Assembly (NCBI GenBank): GCA_963693365.1
Contig: CAVNZM010000001.1
Coordinates: 15,743,840 to 15,807,839 of the forward strand
Source of the DNA: Amoebidium appalachense
Taxonomy: Eukaryota > Protista > Ichthyosporea
Direction of reading: 5' to 3'
Length of the DNA: 64,000 nucleotides
Shown: positions 63,652-64,000 of the stretch, one piece after another
Layout: every line of letters begins with the position of its first letter
How positions within the stretch are numbered: position 1 is the first letter of the stretch
The notes under the pieces: generated by a model
What the model saw: only the letters and a program-made list of their open reading frames with translations
Databases searched by the model: none
What the model was told of the DNA's origin: nothing
Program-made: the position numbers and the translations under genes

Positions 63652-63923
63652 CTGCAGAGAGGGTGGGTGGGTGGGTGGGTGGGTGGGAGAAGGAGAGAGG
63701 GAGGGGAGATGGAAAGGGAGGAGAGGGAAAGGGAAAGGGAGCGTGTGTGTGTGTGTGTGGTGGTGGTGGTGGTGGTGGTGGTGGTGGTGGTGGTGGGGGG
63801 GGGGGGGGGGGGGGGGGAAAGGAGAGGGGGAGAAAGCGAGAGGAAAACGAGGGGGGGGGAGGGGAAAGGGGGGGAGAGGGGAGGGGAGGAAGGCGGGAGG
63901 GAGACGGGTGGGAAGGAGGGAGG

Positions 63924-63990
<67 letters not shown>

Positions 63991-64000
63991 TGTGTGTGTG

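Overview
Eukaryotic genomic DNA, probably from a unicellular opisthokont/holozoan (inferred from a recognisable GCC185-type golgin and Git3/cAMP-receptor-like GPCRs). It has spliceosomal GT-AG introns packed with (CA)n/(GT)n microsatellites and poly-C/poly-G tracts, so most ORFs in the supplied track are repeat artefacts. Reading splice sites by hand gives these genes: a cAMP-receptor/Git3-like 7TM GPCR (1807-3390,+); a secreted, bacterial-style vanadium haloperoxidase/PAP2-family gene with an apparent frameshift (8997-6350,-); an intronless secreted Cys-rich protein (10552-11307,+); a ~26-exon GRIP-domain golgin GCC185/GCC2 (~14.7-38.0 kb,+); a small single-pass membrane protein ending in a UBZ4 zinc finger (43184-39837,-); an inverted head-to-head pair of paralogous 7TM GPCRs (48961-45559,- and 50941-54275,+); a pirin (56405-58575,+); and part of an unknown acidic protein running off the right edge (-). 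The most notable unexplained structures are: (i) a ~110-120 bp repeat family found beside splice sites in many introns, always in the sense orientation of the host gene and flanked by C-tracts; (ii) 3' splice sites built on (CA)n with no U-rich tract, alongside (GT)n/G-run donors, suggesting structure-assisted splicing; (iii) the membrane-anchored UBZ4 architecture. All calls come from reading the sequence by eye with no database searches. Homopolymer lengths and the frameshifts may be long-read errors.
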